DNA from: Octopus sinensis
Taxonomy: Eukaryota
Direction: 5' to 3'
DNA length: 64,000 nt
NCBI RefSeq assembly: GCF_006345805.1
Contig: NC_042998.1
Location: 129,394,001-129,458,000, forward strand
Shown here: in pieces, positions 28,256 to 40,640 of the stretch
Layout: the number at the start of each line of letters is the position of its first letter
How positions within the stretch are numbered: position 1 is the first letter of the stretch
Notes under the pieces: model-generated
What the model was told of the DNA's origin: nothing
The model's database searches: none
The model's input: only the letters and a program-made list of their open reading frames with translations
Translations under genes and position numbers: made by a program

Positions 28256-29195
28256 ATTTTTAAATGTCTTGCTTTGAAAAACTGCATTTGGGTATGATTA
28301 GTAAAATAATTTTTGGTAGTAATGACTTTGTCCCTCCTAGTGTGAGGCATTTATGTGTAATAATGCCCTCTATACAATATAGATATAATTAATTTGTTCA
28401 AAAGAAAAAAATTATTTTCGGATTCTTTCTTTTATGAGGTTTTCACGCTAGCTACCCGATAATTTTTTGTTAAGATCCCTTATTAGAGATTATCCTAATT
28501 GTTAAACTTATATATATTATATATATATATATATATCTGTTTCTATATCTATCTATCTATCTATCTTTCTATCTATCTATATGCATGTATATATATGCAT
28601 TTATACTCACCTTCTTTTTACTCGCACATGCTTTTCATTTATTCAGTTATATATATGAAACCAGTTAGAAAAGTTATGCATTTTATATATGACACACACA
28701 CGCAAGCATGCGCGCGCGTATACACATAAACACGCACTCACATATACACATACAGAGACATGCACACAAATAAGCATACATACGTGTGAGTTTATTTGAG
28801 TGTGCACGTGTTATCAAAATATCAGTGACTACAGCAGCAACAAAACATACCACTGTTAAGTTCAAAATATTTATAAATTTATGAATGCAACGATAAACAG
28901 CTTTATTGTCGATGGTGCCACGAATAAAACAAATATAATAGCGGACGACACGTACATTACGATATCCTAAGAAATAATGAGAGTAAACATTTTAACAACA
29001 AAACTGAAATGACGAATAACAATAAGGGCCACAACAAAACACAGCGGGGAAGGCCTAGCTCTAATAATTGTGTGAGACAGATTGGCGCAATAGAATGATG
29101 GCATTGATGACTTGGAGGTCAAAGATGAATAATAGGAATCTGACTCTCTCATAAATACGCACACATATATCACAGATATATGTATGTACGTATAC

Positions 29196-29226
<31 letters not shown>

Positions 29227-29330
29227 TATATACAAATACAACATATCTATAAATACATGCATGCATATATACTTACATATATATATACATACATACACAT
29301 ATCTTTAAATACATTCAAACATACATACAT

Positions 29331-29378
<48 letters not shown>

Positions 29379-29544
29379 TGTATATACATACATATAAATA
29401 AATTATATGTGTATATATATGTATGTATATATATATATATATATGTAATATATATACATGCATATACATACTATATACATATATATACACTTATTCCTAT
29501 ACATAGTTACATACATATACATATATATATATATATGTGTATAT

Positions 29545-29600
<56 letters not shown>

Positions 29601-30269
29601 GAGAGAGAGAGAGACGTATATATATATGCATATATATATATATAATATATATCTATATGTATATATATAATAGAGATTGGTGTTTGCAATATTATTTCCA
29701 TTATATAGTTTACAATCGTTGCAAATATTCCATGTCGACTAATCTTGCATCATGTTTGTAAACATGTCCTATGACCGAGAGTTTTGAAATTATGTATCAC
29801 TCGGCGTAGCATTTATTTGCGAGAAAGAGATACCACCAATCTCGTGCTATCGGGTGTACATGAAATGTAGTATAAGCTGAGCAGATGTGATTCTTTGATG
29901 CCCTTCAGAGAAGTGTGCCTTTAAAAAAAAACCCAAAACAAAACAAAACAAAAAACAAAACAAAACAACGACAACAACAGTGACAACGACGACGACGACG
30001 ACAGCAAAACATCAAAACAAACCCCCAACAATATAATATAAAAACTAATGCGTATTGTAACGCAAGTAGTGAAAAAGCTATTATCAAAGTGTTAAAATGC
30101 GTCAGGACTTTCATTCCAGCCTAATACACATATATGTGCGTTTGTGTGTGTGAGTATGTATGTATATATAAACTTAGATAAACTTAGATATGTTTCGACC
30201 AAAGATTGATCCAGGCCATGTCTAACTTAATAGCACCACCTGATAGGATTATCTAAACCCTGTTTAAGT

Positions 30270-31190
30270 AAAGTTTTGTTTATGGTCTATTCAAGTAGTG
30301 AGATCTTGTTGAGTTGTATCCAGGTATGGGTGGCTTATACGGTATTCCTTGAAGAAATCTGTCCAGACTCCGTTTAAAGGTGATGAGATCCTCTTCCTCT
30401 TTGATCTCTTTTGGGATAATGTTAAACAGGGCAGGGCCTCTTGAGGAAAAGAAATTATGTTGCAGTGTACCTATATGCTGTGATCCTGAATTGGGCAGGG
30501 GACGTAAGGCCCGTAGTACCAGCCTTGGATGAACCTTGAAACTAATATTCAGGTCTTTTGGGCAATGCTGGCGGTATATTCTCAACATTGTACAAATGAT
30601 GTACCATTCGCGGCGGCGCTGGAGAGAGTAGAGTTTCAATGCTTTAAGGCGGTCCCAATAACCAAGATCAGTCATGCTTTCAATTCGTTTAGTGAGTGTC
30701 CTCTGGGGCGATCCAATCATCTAGATGTTCTGTTTTGTATGGGGAGACCACAAGGGGCAGCAGTATTTGAGGTGTGGCCGTACAAAGGAGGAGAAAACTT
30801 GAATGATGACACCTAGTTCTCTGGACCGAAATGTTCTTAAAATCCAGGAGCTCATCCTACAAGCTATATCGACCTTATTGTTGTTGTGGGCACTCCAACT
30901 GAGATGGTTATCTACAATTATACCCAATTATATATTGTTAGATGCTGTGAGCGGTTCCCCTGAAGGAAGAGAGTATGGCTGTTTTAGTATAGACATTCTT
31001 CTAAAATGCATCAGCTCAAATTTTCTCTCAGTTGCATTTTGCTTTTGTCTGCCCATTGACTCTCAGCATATAGATCATACTGGAGTTGAGTTCGGTCTTC
31101 TTCTTTATTGATGATTTGCTGGAGCTTAGTGTCATCAGCAAATATTTTCACTTTGCAGTGATTTACGACTCTGGAATGGTCATTTATGTA
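30270..31190 (-). pseudogene. CR1/L2-like LINE RT 3' fragment
   Basis: KIFADDTKL, FVRPHLKYCCPLWSPH, RTLTKRIESMTDLGYWDRLKALKLYSLQRRRE and LFNIIPKEI in consecutive minus-strand frames. Confidence 0.9.
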
Positions 31191-31367
31191 ATTATATATA
31201 TATATATATAGGTTGCTTTGCCGCATGCCGAAAGAATTAGAAATACCAGTCAGAGACTGTTTATTTCCATTTTCTACAAGTGAGGGCTCCATATACGACA
31301 TAACCCTTCAATTCACATATGCAAAATAGGAGGAGTAAATAAACGAAAACAATGCCTTACAGTTAAT

Positions 31368-31424
31368 GGCGAACATGTTTCTAGATCGGAGGCGAGAAGT
31401 TGCCTCATGTCTTTCTTCAGCACC
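31368..31424 (-). ncRNA. Type I hammerhead candidate, 549-bp family, left arm
   Basis: Exact reverse complement of 32042-32098. Confidence 0.65.
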
Positions 31425-32041
31425 GTCTTCATTAGATTTATTAAATGCCACCAGCCTCCACTTTTGACCAGGCGTCATCAAATAGTGGGGGGAGAGTGAG
31501 CATAGGCTAAAGCTATGTAGACGATTGAATCTGTAAATTTTCCCTCCAAAATTCTGCCATGCGTACTACCGGGATAGTCGTAAGGGAGTGAAAAATCCAA
31601 TTAGTAATATAATAATAAGGGTAAATAATTTTTTCGATGGTTTTTCAGACAGCCAACAATTATTTACCCGTAGATTTCGGTATGTAAATATGACGTTTAG
31701 CGGCGGAAACTTCTGTGGAGTTCAGCATATATAGTATATAAGTAAAAGGGCAGGCAACAGGTTGCTTTGCCGCATACCGAAAGAATTAGAAATAGCAGTC
31801 AGAGACTGTTTATTTCCATTTTCTACAAGTGAGGGCTCCATATACGACATAACCCTTCAATTCACATATGCAAAATAGGAGGAGTAAATAAACGAAAACA
31901 ATTTTCCCTCCAAAATTCTGCCATGCGTACTACGGATCCAATCGTCTCCATAGCTGTAGCCTATGCTCACTCTCCCCCCACTATTTGATGACGCCTGGTC
32001 AAAAGTGGAGGCTGGTGGCATTTAATAAATCTAATGAAGAC

Positions 32042-32098
32042 GGTGCTGAAGAAAGACATGAGGCAACTTCTCGCCTCCGATCTAGAAACATGTTCGCC
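32042..32098 (+). ncRNA. Type I hammerhead candidate, 549-bp family, right arm
   Basis: Stem I GGTG/CGCC; core CTGAAGA 32046-32052; long stem II AGA..GAGGC/GCCTC..TCT; GAAA; palindromic AACATGTT; triplet GTT, predicted cut after 32094. Confidence 0.65.
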
Positions 32099-32424
32099 AT
32101 TAACTGCAAGGCATTGTTTTCGTTTATTTACTCCTCCTATTTTGCATATGTGAATTGCAGGGTTATGTCGTATATGGAGCCCCCACTTGTAGAAAATGGA
32201 AATAAACAGTCTCTGACTGCTATTTCTAATTCTTTCGGTATGCGGCAAAGCAATCTGTTGTCTGCCCTTTTACTTATATACTATATATACTGAACTCCAC
32301 AGAAGTTCCCGCCGCTAAAGGTCATATTTACATACCGAAATCTACCGGTAAATAATTGTTGGTTGTCTGAAAACCCATCGAAAAATTATTTACCCTTATT
32401 ATTATATATATATACATATATTCT

Positions 32425-32606
32425 TTTCTACTTCAGGCACAAGGCCCGAAATATTTAGATCGACTCCAGTAAGCAACTGGTGCTTAAGTTATCGACCCCA
32501 AATAGATGAAAAGCAAAGTCGACCCCGGCGGTATTTGAACTCAGAACGTAAACGTAAACAAAATATCGGTTAGCTCGGCGTGCTAACGTTTTTGCCAGCT
32601 CGCCGC
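32425..32606 (-). mobile_element. SINE family B
   Basis: aggcacaaggcccgaaat...tatcgacccc...aaagtcgacc...tttgaactcagaacgt...tttgccagctcgccgc. Confidence 0.85.
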
Positions 32607-32642
32607 TATGTATATATATAAATATATATTAATATATATGTG

Positions 32643-32676
<34 letters not shown>

Positions 32677-32704
32677 CTTGTGTGTATGTACGTATGTATG
32701 TATG

Positions 32705-32744
<40 letters not shown>

Positions 32745-32781
32745 TATAATATATATATATATATATGTATGTATACATATA

Positions 32782-33850
32782 CGAGGGGTGTATGGAGAGT
32801 CTTGAACCTCAAAAAATAAAAAAAACATATTACAAGACTTGTGATGATTTATTTTTCAACATAGCCCCTTCCCACTCGATGATTGATCACTTTCTCCAGC
32901 GGTGCTGAAGCGCAGTTATCCCGGTGTAGAGGAACTCTTTTATTTGAGACTCCAAGAAACTTCCTACAGCGTCTATGACGTCATTGTAACTGGCAAAATG
33001 GCGACCAGCCAGGGCTTTTTTCATTTTTGGGAACAGATAAAAGTCAGAGGGGGCTAAGTCTGGCGAATAAGGCGGACGGGGAACAAGTTCTTACTCACAA
33101 TCACGAATTGTTGCCATGGCAACCACTGAGGTGTGAACTGGAGCATTGTCATGATGAAAAAGGACTCCTGTGTTGAGCATTCCTGGCCTTTTTTCTTTGA
33201 TTGCTTCTCGGAGGCGTTTCAGTAGCTGAGAACAATACAGTCCTGTCACGGTGTGACCCTTTTCAAGGTAATCGATCAGCACGACACCTTGAGAATCCAA
33301 AAATACTGACGCCATGACCTTGCCAGCTGAAGGAATGACATTGGCTTTCTTTGCGGCAGGAGAGGATGTGTGCTTCCACTGCTTTGCTTGTTCTTTGGCT
33401 TCAAGCTGGTTGTGATAAACCCAACTTTCGTCCATAGTAATGAAACGAGCAAGAAAATTCTCTTTATCGGCTTCAAACAGTTGCAGATTGCTCGTGGACA
33501 AAGTGCACCTGGTGCGTTTCTGTTCAGGAATCAAAAGGCGAGGGATCCACCGTGCAGAAACCTTTGAGAACCGAAGTTCTTTTGTCTGCTCTTTCAGTTG
33601 AGATGCTCTGTCTCTCGGCTATCTGAGGATCTTGCATTATCATACCAAGAGCATGGTCAATGTTGTCCTCGGTGGTTGCAGTTGGAGGTCTCCCTGGTCT
33701 GGGATCATCTTCCACAATCTCCCTGCCACGCTGGAATTCATCTACCCTGCGTTTGACTGTTGCATATGAAGGAGCATTGTCTGTTAAGGTTCTCAGAATA
33801 TCTTCATGGATTCTGTTACAATTTGTCACGTTGACCCTGTCAGAGAATTA
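32782..33850 (-). mobile_element. Mariner transposon, frameshifted transposase
   Basis: ITMDESWVYHNQ, SAGKVMASVFLD, VLFHHDNAPVH, APSYATVKR, DDPRPGRPPT; terminus TA-CGAGGGG at 32780-32788; other TIR not seen. Confidence 0.92.
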
Positions 33851-34325
33851 CGGCTAGGATATACGGATCTGTAAAATGATTAGCTATTTAATCGCTATTT
33901 AGCTATTTAATTCAAATTTGACAGAATTTATTAGACTGAACAAATGAATTCTCATAATAGAAAACAACGGAGATTACAAGTGTATGTCAAGTAAATGTTA
34001 AAGATTAATGAAACGGTGAATATCTATGCTGCAGTGATAAGAAAACTGCCGGTACTCTATCGAGATTATAACTTTACATTTCTACTAATTATTTCAGCAT
34101 ATGACAACATGACTAATTGCTTCGATACTATGCTTGACAAACTGTGATTCTCAAAACCAAGAAGAATGCGATTAACTAGAAGACAATAGCTACTTGTTAT
34201 GAAAGGCACTGTTAAAAATATAAAGCATTCTAGAAATTCAGTATAAGATGTACATATGCAATGCCAACCATGCTTGTTCGCATATTAACTTGTGTACGTA
34301 CATATATGTATGCATACAACTGTCT

Positions 34326-34379
<54 letters not shown>

Positions 34380-34590
34380 ACACACACATACACACCCACC
34401 CACCCACACACACACCCACACACCACACACATATATGTATGTATCTATGTTAGAGAGGGACAAGGAGGAAAAAATAAAACGGCGAAGACGACATACAGAA
34501 ATCTGATTATTTCATGAGTTGTTCATTGAAAATCAGAAGAATGTTGGCGTATGTAAATAAGTTACGCGCGCACATACTCGCAGACATAGA

Positions 34591-34636
<46 letters not shown>

Positions 34637-35399
34637 TGTATGATTGTGTGTGTAAGAGAAAGTGAGAGAGAAGGAGAGAGAGAGGGAGGAGGGAGGTAGA
34701 GGGAGAAAGAGAACATGCACATGCAAACGTATATATATATATATATCATCGTATTTGCCGTCGACCTGTGTCTCATTACAAGCAACTAAAACAAACAACA
34801 ATAGCAAGCTCAGGTGCATTCATCAAAATCCAAGATTTGATTGAGACTGGATCAAATAGAGTTAATTATGACACCTGCCTGGCGGCAATATGTTGCTTAC
34901 ATCTACTATCGTCTTCATTATCAGCTTCATGAGCATTATCAACATAACCATCATCAGAGTTATTAACATGCTTATCAGTATCAATATTATAATCATGACC
35001 AACACTATCAATACAATACTGATAATCAGGGTGGCCATGATATACAGCATGGTTCTCATCATCATAGTAGTCATCAGAACGATTATATGAACATCGTATC
35101 GGCGGTGTCATTGGTTATCAAAGCTATCTCTAATGGCACCATCATGACCGATCGCTTGGCTTGACTTGACAGAATTAGTAACCAAATTTCCATTAAATAA
35201 CACTGTATTGTCGTATATAAAGAAGCGTTTACTGTACAAGGTGTTAGGGTTGTCATGATAGAATAAATTTGTAAAATATCCGATTTTTGTTGTTTTCACT
35301 ATCTTAGGTTTAAGTAATAGAGACGTTGTATTACTCAAATGCGGAGAATCTTACCTCTCACAATAAAGAAAAATATTTCATGGCACTAGCAGGCAGAAT

Positions 35400-37690
35400 G
35401 GTAAAGGATTTACCCCGAATGATAGCAACGGAGATGCGCTGGAACAGTCACTCTGACTCATGAGGCTCGCATTTGCCGAAAGCGATCTTCGCTCTGATAG
35501 CGGTGAACAGGGATATAGTCCAAGAACGTTGAGGTCTCAGCTGCCACAGTCACAACCATAAACCTATCAGAGAACGATCGATGTTTTGACAGTTTGCTTT
35601 TCTCAGCCTGACGAGCAGCGCAGCTTGTGCTAGTAGCTGAAAACACCAACTGCTGCTGGAGAAGGTGTCAGCATATGGCATTCTCGATGTGGGGCCTATC
35701 GCCACGGAACAGGTAAATTGTTATACCGTCCGGCTCCACTGGTACGATCTGGGAATGGAAGCCTGCGACAACTAGACCATACGTTATGATCTTGTTATGG
35801 GCAGCATGGCATGAAGGTGGCCAGCACTATGACAACATGTCAGTGGGTGGAATGAAAGAATGTAGAATGGATCCACAGCGGCATTCATTAAGCTCACAGA
35901 TCTGGAGACCAAGCATCAGGAAAACGCCAATGCGCAGGCAGTCACCATCGAATTGAGTGCCAGTTGCTAGTGATGACACCGCATCGAACCAAGTTCCGCT
36001 GTGAGATTCGAAGGCTGAGATAAAACTTGCTAGACGGTGCTGGTCAAGTTGGCGCACTAACTCATCCGCAGTCATGAATGCTGTCCCATTTCTTTTAAGA
36101 GGACTTGACGTCTACAGAGGAGAGGGCGTCAGTGTGGAGCAGGCCGAGCTGGCTCCATGTCGCATAGTTTTGTGTGAAGAACTCTGTAATGAGGACGTGG
36201 CAAAAGGTCACCGACGAGAGGAAAGTCGGCAAGGTAGCGAAACCGAATTTCGAAGAGTGAGGCCACCGTATTTGATGGATAAGGTGCACTGTTGCCATCC
36301 AGTGTCGTCAAACCGAACGTTGCATATCTCCTCGCTGGCCCGTTGGATACACACATCGAAACCCGTGAGAGGAGAGGCACGTGGTTGTAGCAAGAGGCAT
36401 TGCGGAGTGTACACAATAGCTTCGACATGGCGAAGCAGTTTCTTGACAGTAAACTTATATATAATATTATATATGAATTATAATATTTTTTCAGATGTAT
36501 CTAGACACCCTGGACCTTTATCCCCGAGGCCTCTCCTCTTCAGCCCGCCTAATCGCTCTCGGGAATGTCTAGCAATGGTAATACCTTTCGGAGACTCATG
36601 GCCAAAGTTTGACAATGAGGTGTTTGGAGTCGCTCGATGTCGGTTCTAGCGGACAATCAGAGAAAAATCTGTCTAGCGGCATGAGCGGCTTCCTCATACT
36701 CAATGGCTAGGCCGATCCCCGTCTGCACCGGGCTGAGTTCCTCACCTACAGACAGAGATGCTGGGTGGGCGACGATCGTCTTCTATCTGTCCGTAAGAGG
36801 TGCTTAGACCTGAGGGTGGAGCAAATGGCAGGCAGGAGTATCAGCGAAGCTAGGATAAGGACGTCCTCCTTTGAGGTCTCCTGTACCTGGCGAAGTAGTG
36901 AACGTACTTCCGAGACGGAGGCCGTAAATCTCTCTACATCTAGTTGGCGTTCACAACATCCAACTTGGGCGAGATTATCTCGTGACCGACCCTCACTAGA
37001 ATGAGAGCCGCTGAGCAGAGATAGTTGCAGACACTGTCTACTGGACCACATATCCTAATATCGTCAAGGTACCAGATGTTGAAAGAGCTCCGATGCTCCG
37101 AATGATGCTGTCCATCCCAAGAGCGAATAGGTCCCAACGGATCTCCCTATTGTACAACGGTCGAAGATGGTATGACTTTGTGCTGCGGGGCACGCTCGGA
37201 TCTTTGACAATGAGGCGTTCGGAGTCGCTCGATGTCGGCTCTAGAGGGCAATCAGAGAAAAACTGTCTAGTGGCATGGGCAGCTCCCTCACACTCAATGG
37301 CTAGGCCGATCCCCGTCTGTACCGGGCTGAGTCCCTCACCTACAGACAGAGATACATAAGACTTTGGCCGTGAGTCTCCGAAAGGCATTACCACTGCAAG
37401 ACATTTCCGAGAGCGATTAAGCGGGCTGAAAAGGAGCGGCCTCGGGGATAAATGTCTAGGGTTTCTAGATACATTAGGAAAATATTATAATTCATATATA
37501 ATATTATATATTAATTTTGCACGAAGTCCCATTTTTCAAATCTGAAAGATGATTATGCCCGATTTCTTGGCACCGAGACTCGCGAGAGGAGAGGTACGTG
37601 GTAGTGGCAAGTGGCTTTGCGGAGTGTACACAACAGCTTCGGCATGGCGATGCAGTTCCTTGACAGGGATAGTACCGGGCGGGCATCGAT
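35400..37690 (-). pseudogene. CRE-like RLE non-LTR retrotransposon fossil, internally rearranged
   Basis: GNAFRRLTAK, VQTGIGLAIECEGAAHATRQF, WYLDD, KYGGLTLR, LRIGVFLMLGLQICELNECRCG, EPDGITIY, AARQAEKSKLSKHRSF...VAAETS. Confidence 0.75.
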
Positions 37691-37868
37691 CACCTTCTAT
37701 CTATCCATAAGGCTCTCAAACTGAAGGGAGTAATCGAGTAACGAATGTGATATAGCAAACTCCGTGAAATCAAAGAAGACAGAAAGGAAACATTGAATGA
37801 CTATGAGTCCTAGATGACCCTATAAACCTGTGCGTGTGGATGAAACGCGTTTCAGTATAGTTTTATCA

Positions 37869-38200
37869 GGGGCAGACGTGGTTGTGTGGTAAGAAGTTTC
37901 CTTCCCAACCACATGGTTCCAGGTTCAGTCCCACTGCGAAGTATCTTGAGAAAGTGTTTTCTACTATAGATTTGTGAGTGGATTTGGTTGACGAAAACTG
38001 AAAGAGGACAGTAAATGTCTGTGTTGTGTCATTCTGTTTGTTCGCTCACTCAGCCACGTCACAAATGGTGTTGGTGTGTTTACGTCCCTGTAACCTAGCT
38101 GTTCGGCAAAGGAGACCTAATGAATAAGTACGAGGCTAAAAAAAAACATCAAGTTGTTGTCCCAACATGGCCGCGGTCTAATGACTGAAACACATAAAAT
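37869..38200 (+). mobile_element. SINE family A, diverged
   Basis: gtggttgtgtggtaagaag...ggttcagtcccactgc...gacgaaaactgaaag...catggccgcggtctaatgactgaaac. Confidence 0.8.
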
Positions 38201-38379
38201 ATCATATCAAGACCGAGCTGAGTTGAGAGTGCAACTAATATGATCTTGTTTTACTAGCATCAAAACGATGAAGAGAAAGTCGACCGTGACAGGATTTGAA
38301 CTCATAGTGTAAATTTATGCAACAAATTTGCACAAATCCTTTCAACTAACTCGCAAGGAACTCTGCAAATCCCCACGCC

Positions 38380-38487
38380 ATTATGACCAAGATGATGATG
38401 ATGAAGATGATGATGATGATGATAATGATGATGAAGTTGATGATGAAGATGATGATGATGGTGGTAGTGTGGTGTTGATGATGTAGA

Positions 38488-38521
<34 letters not shown>

Positions 38522-38610
38522 GGTGGTGGTGGTGGTGATGATGATGAATATGATGATGATGATGATGTGTTGACAATGATGATGGTGATGAGAATGATAA
38601 TGATGGTGAT
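38380..38610. repeat. (GAT)n/(GGT)n trinucleotide tract
   Basis: Directly visible; source of poly-His and poly-Ser ORFs. Confidence 0.9.
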
Positions 38611-39754
38611 AAGCAAATGAGTCTGTACGTGGTCGCTTAGTTTGCAAAGCAACAGTCAAATCTTGCTTAAATCACATATTATTGTGTTAAATAAATACAG
38701 GGTGTATTAAATTAGGTTGCTCTAGAGACACCAGATCTTAAAATAAAGTGGGGTAGTCCTGACTGAGATGGCTTTAATCACGGGCCTGCTCATTAAAGGT
38801 TGTCTTGCAGCTAAGGACGTCAGGTACAACAACGTCACTAATCTTTTGCTGATCCTCCATCACCACCGCCAAGACCATCATCATCATCATCGTTATCGTC
38901 ATCATCATTATCAAGAACAACACAGACGACGGAAACAATGGCGACAATAAGGAAATCTTCTAATGCAGCAATACTGAGAAAATAGTTAAAAAGCAAATCA
39001 GAGATATAAATCAATGACGTAAAGATGAAAGACAATGACGTCAACAGTCACATCTGCAAGAAGAAGAAGAAGAAGAAGAAGAAGAAGAAGAAGAAGAAGA
39101 AGAAGAAGAAGAAGAGAAGAAGAAGAAGAAGAAAGAAAGAAAGAAAATAAAAATAAAAATAATGATATAGATAACAATAGCATGAAAGAAATAACAATAC
39201 CATGAAATAAAAGTAGTACAAGTAAAAAGCAATGCAGATAACAGAGAAAGGCTGACGTCAGTAGAAACATCAGCAAAAACCAGAGTAAAACCAAAATACG
39301 CGTCTCGAAAATAATGATTAGTGTTAAAAATTACATTTGTATCCGCAAAAAGAACGGCAAAAAAGAAACTGAAATTCATAAGGATGTTGCAAGATGCTCG
39401 TACGAGCAACCAGATATAGTAACCAATTCTCTCTCAAATCATATTAAACCGCCTTAGAAAGGTCAATGCAGAAGTAACAATGTAGCATTAGATATAAAGA
39501 GAAGGGGAGGTTACAGGACTGTATTTGCTGGGGTCTGAGGATAAATAGAATCATCGCTAGCAAAAAAATTGACCAAAGACTACCGCATATTTCTATAAAA
39601 ACCAGATTGTTGAAAGGCGCTAAACCAACAATAGCAGGATTAAATCTGAGACATAAAGGGAATGAAGAAATAATGATTTCAAATGTTGGCACAATGTCAG
39701 AATATTTGGTGGGGTAAATCTATCGCATCGTCCCTCCCTCAGTGCACCTAGAGG

Positions 39755-39866
39755 CAGGTTCAGACCCACTGCAAGATACCTTGGGCAAATGTATTCTACT
39801 ACAGCCTTAGGTCGTCCAAAAGCATGGTCGGCAGTTTCGGTTGACGGAAACTGAAAGAAGCCCATC

Positions 39867-39904
<38 letters not shown>

Positions 39905-40145
39905 GCACACATATGCGTGTTTGTGAGTATGTACGTTTGTATAGTTTGCTTTTGTCTCCCAGCGTCGCTTGACAACCGGTGTTGGATTGTTTACGTCCCT
40001 GCAACTTCGGGATTTAGAAAAGAAACCGATAAAAAAATACCAGGCAAATGAAAAGCACTGGGGATTGAATTACCCGACTGAACTTGTCAAGACGGTGCAC
40101 CAGCATGGCGATACACCAATGATGAAACAAGTGAAAGTTAGAAGA
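39755..40145 (+). mobile_element. SINE family A, 5'-truncated
   Basis: ggttcagacccactgc...gacggaaactgaaagaagccc...gacaaccggtgttgg...gatgaaacaagt. Confidence 0.75.
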
Positions 40146-40239
40146 CTATGTTAGTATACGGCCGTCATTCACTTTATAGAATGACATTGTATCGGCACGT
40201 ACCATGCATTTATTAGTGACTTTTGCTGCCCGTATAATT

Positions 40240-40640
40240 ATTTTCTGCTCTAGGCACAAGGCTCGAAATTTCTTGGGAGTGGGCCAGTTGATTACATCGA
40301 CCCCAGTACGCAACTGGTACTCAATTTATCGACCCCGAATGGATGAAAGGCAAAGTCGACCTCGGTGGAATTTAAACTCAGGAAGGACGTAAAGACAGAC
40401 GAAATACCTATTTCTTTACTACCCACAAGGGGCTAAACACAGAGGGGACAAACAAGGACAGAGAAACGGGTTAAGTCGATTATATCGACACCAGTGTGTA
40501 CCTGGTACTTATTTAATCGACCCCGAAAGAATGAAAGGGAAATTCGACCTCGGTGGACCTCGGCGTAATTTGAACTCAGAACGTAGCGACAGACGAAATA
40601 CTGCTAAGCATTTCATCCGGTGTGCTAACGTTTCTGCCTG
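40240..40640 (-). mobile_element. Two adjacent SINE family B copies
   Basis: atcgacccc...gaaaggcaaagtcgacctcgg...aactcag occurs twice (about 40330 and about 40515). Confidence 0.8.

Larger units (their letters stand above)
26869..28510. mobile_element. Inverted tandem array of a ~476-bp hammerhead-bearing unit (retrozyme-like)
   Basis: Left arm 26869-27426 (about 1.2 units, repeat restarts at 27341); right arm 27427-28510 reverse-complement (about 2.3 units, period 476); (TA)n on both flanks. Confidence 0.9.
31211..32405. mobile_element. Inverted tandem array of a 549-bp hammerhead-bearing unit (retrozyme-like)
   Basis: ggttgctttgccgcat at 31211 and 31760 (period 549); inversion near 31935; reverse arm runs to about 32405; (TA)n on both flanks. 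Confidence 0.85.

Noticed and set aside
31011-31301. ORF fusing the 549-bp unit to the CR1-like RT (KIFADDTKL)
   Set aside because: Chance in-frame join across a (TA)n; no evidence of function.
31985-32293. 102-aa ORF through the 549-unit ribozyme
   Set aside because: The left arm has TGA at the equivalent TGC codon, so the ORF is not conserved.
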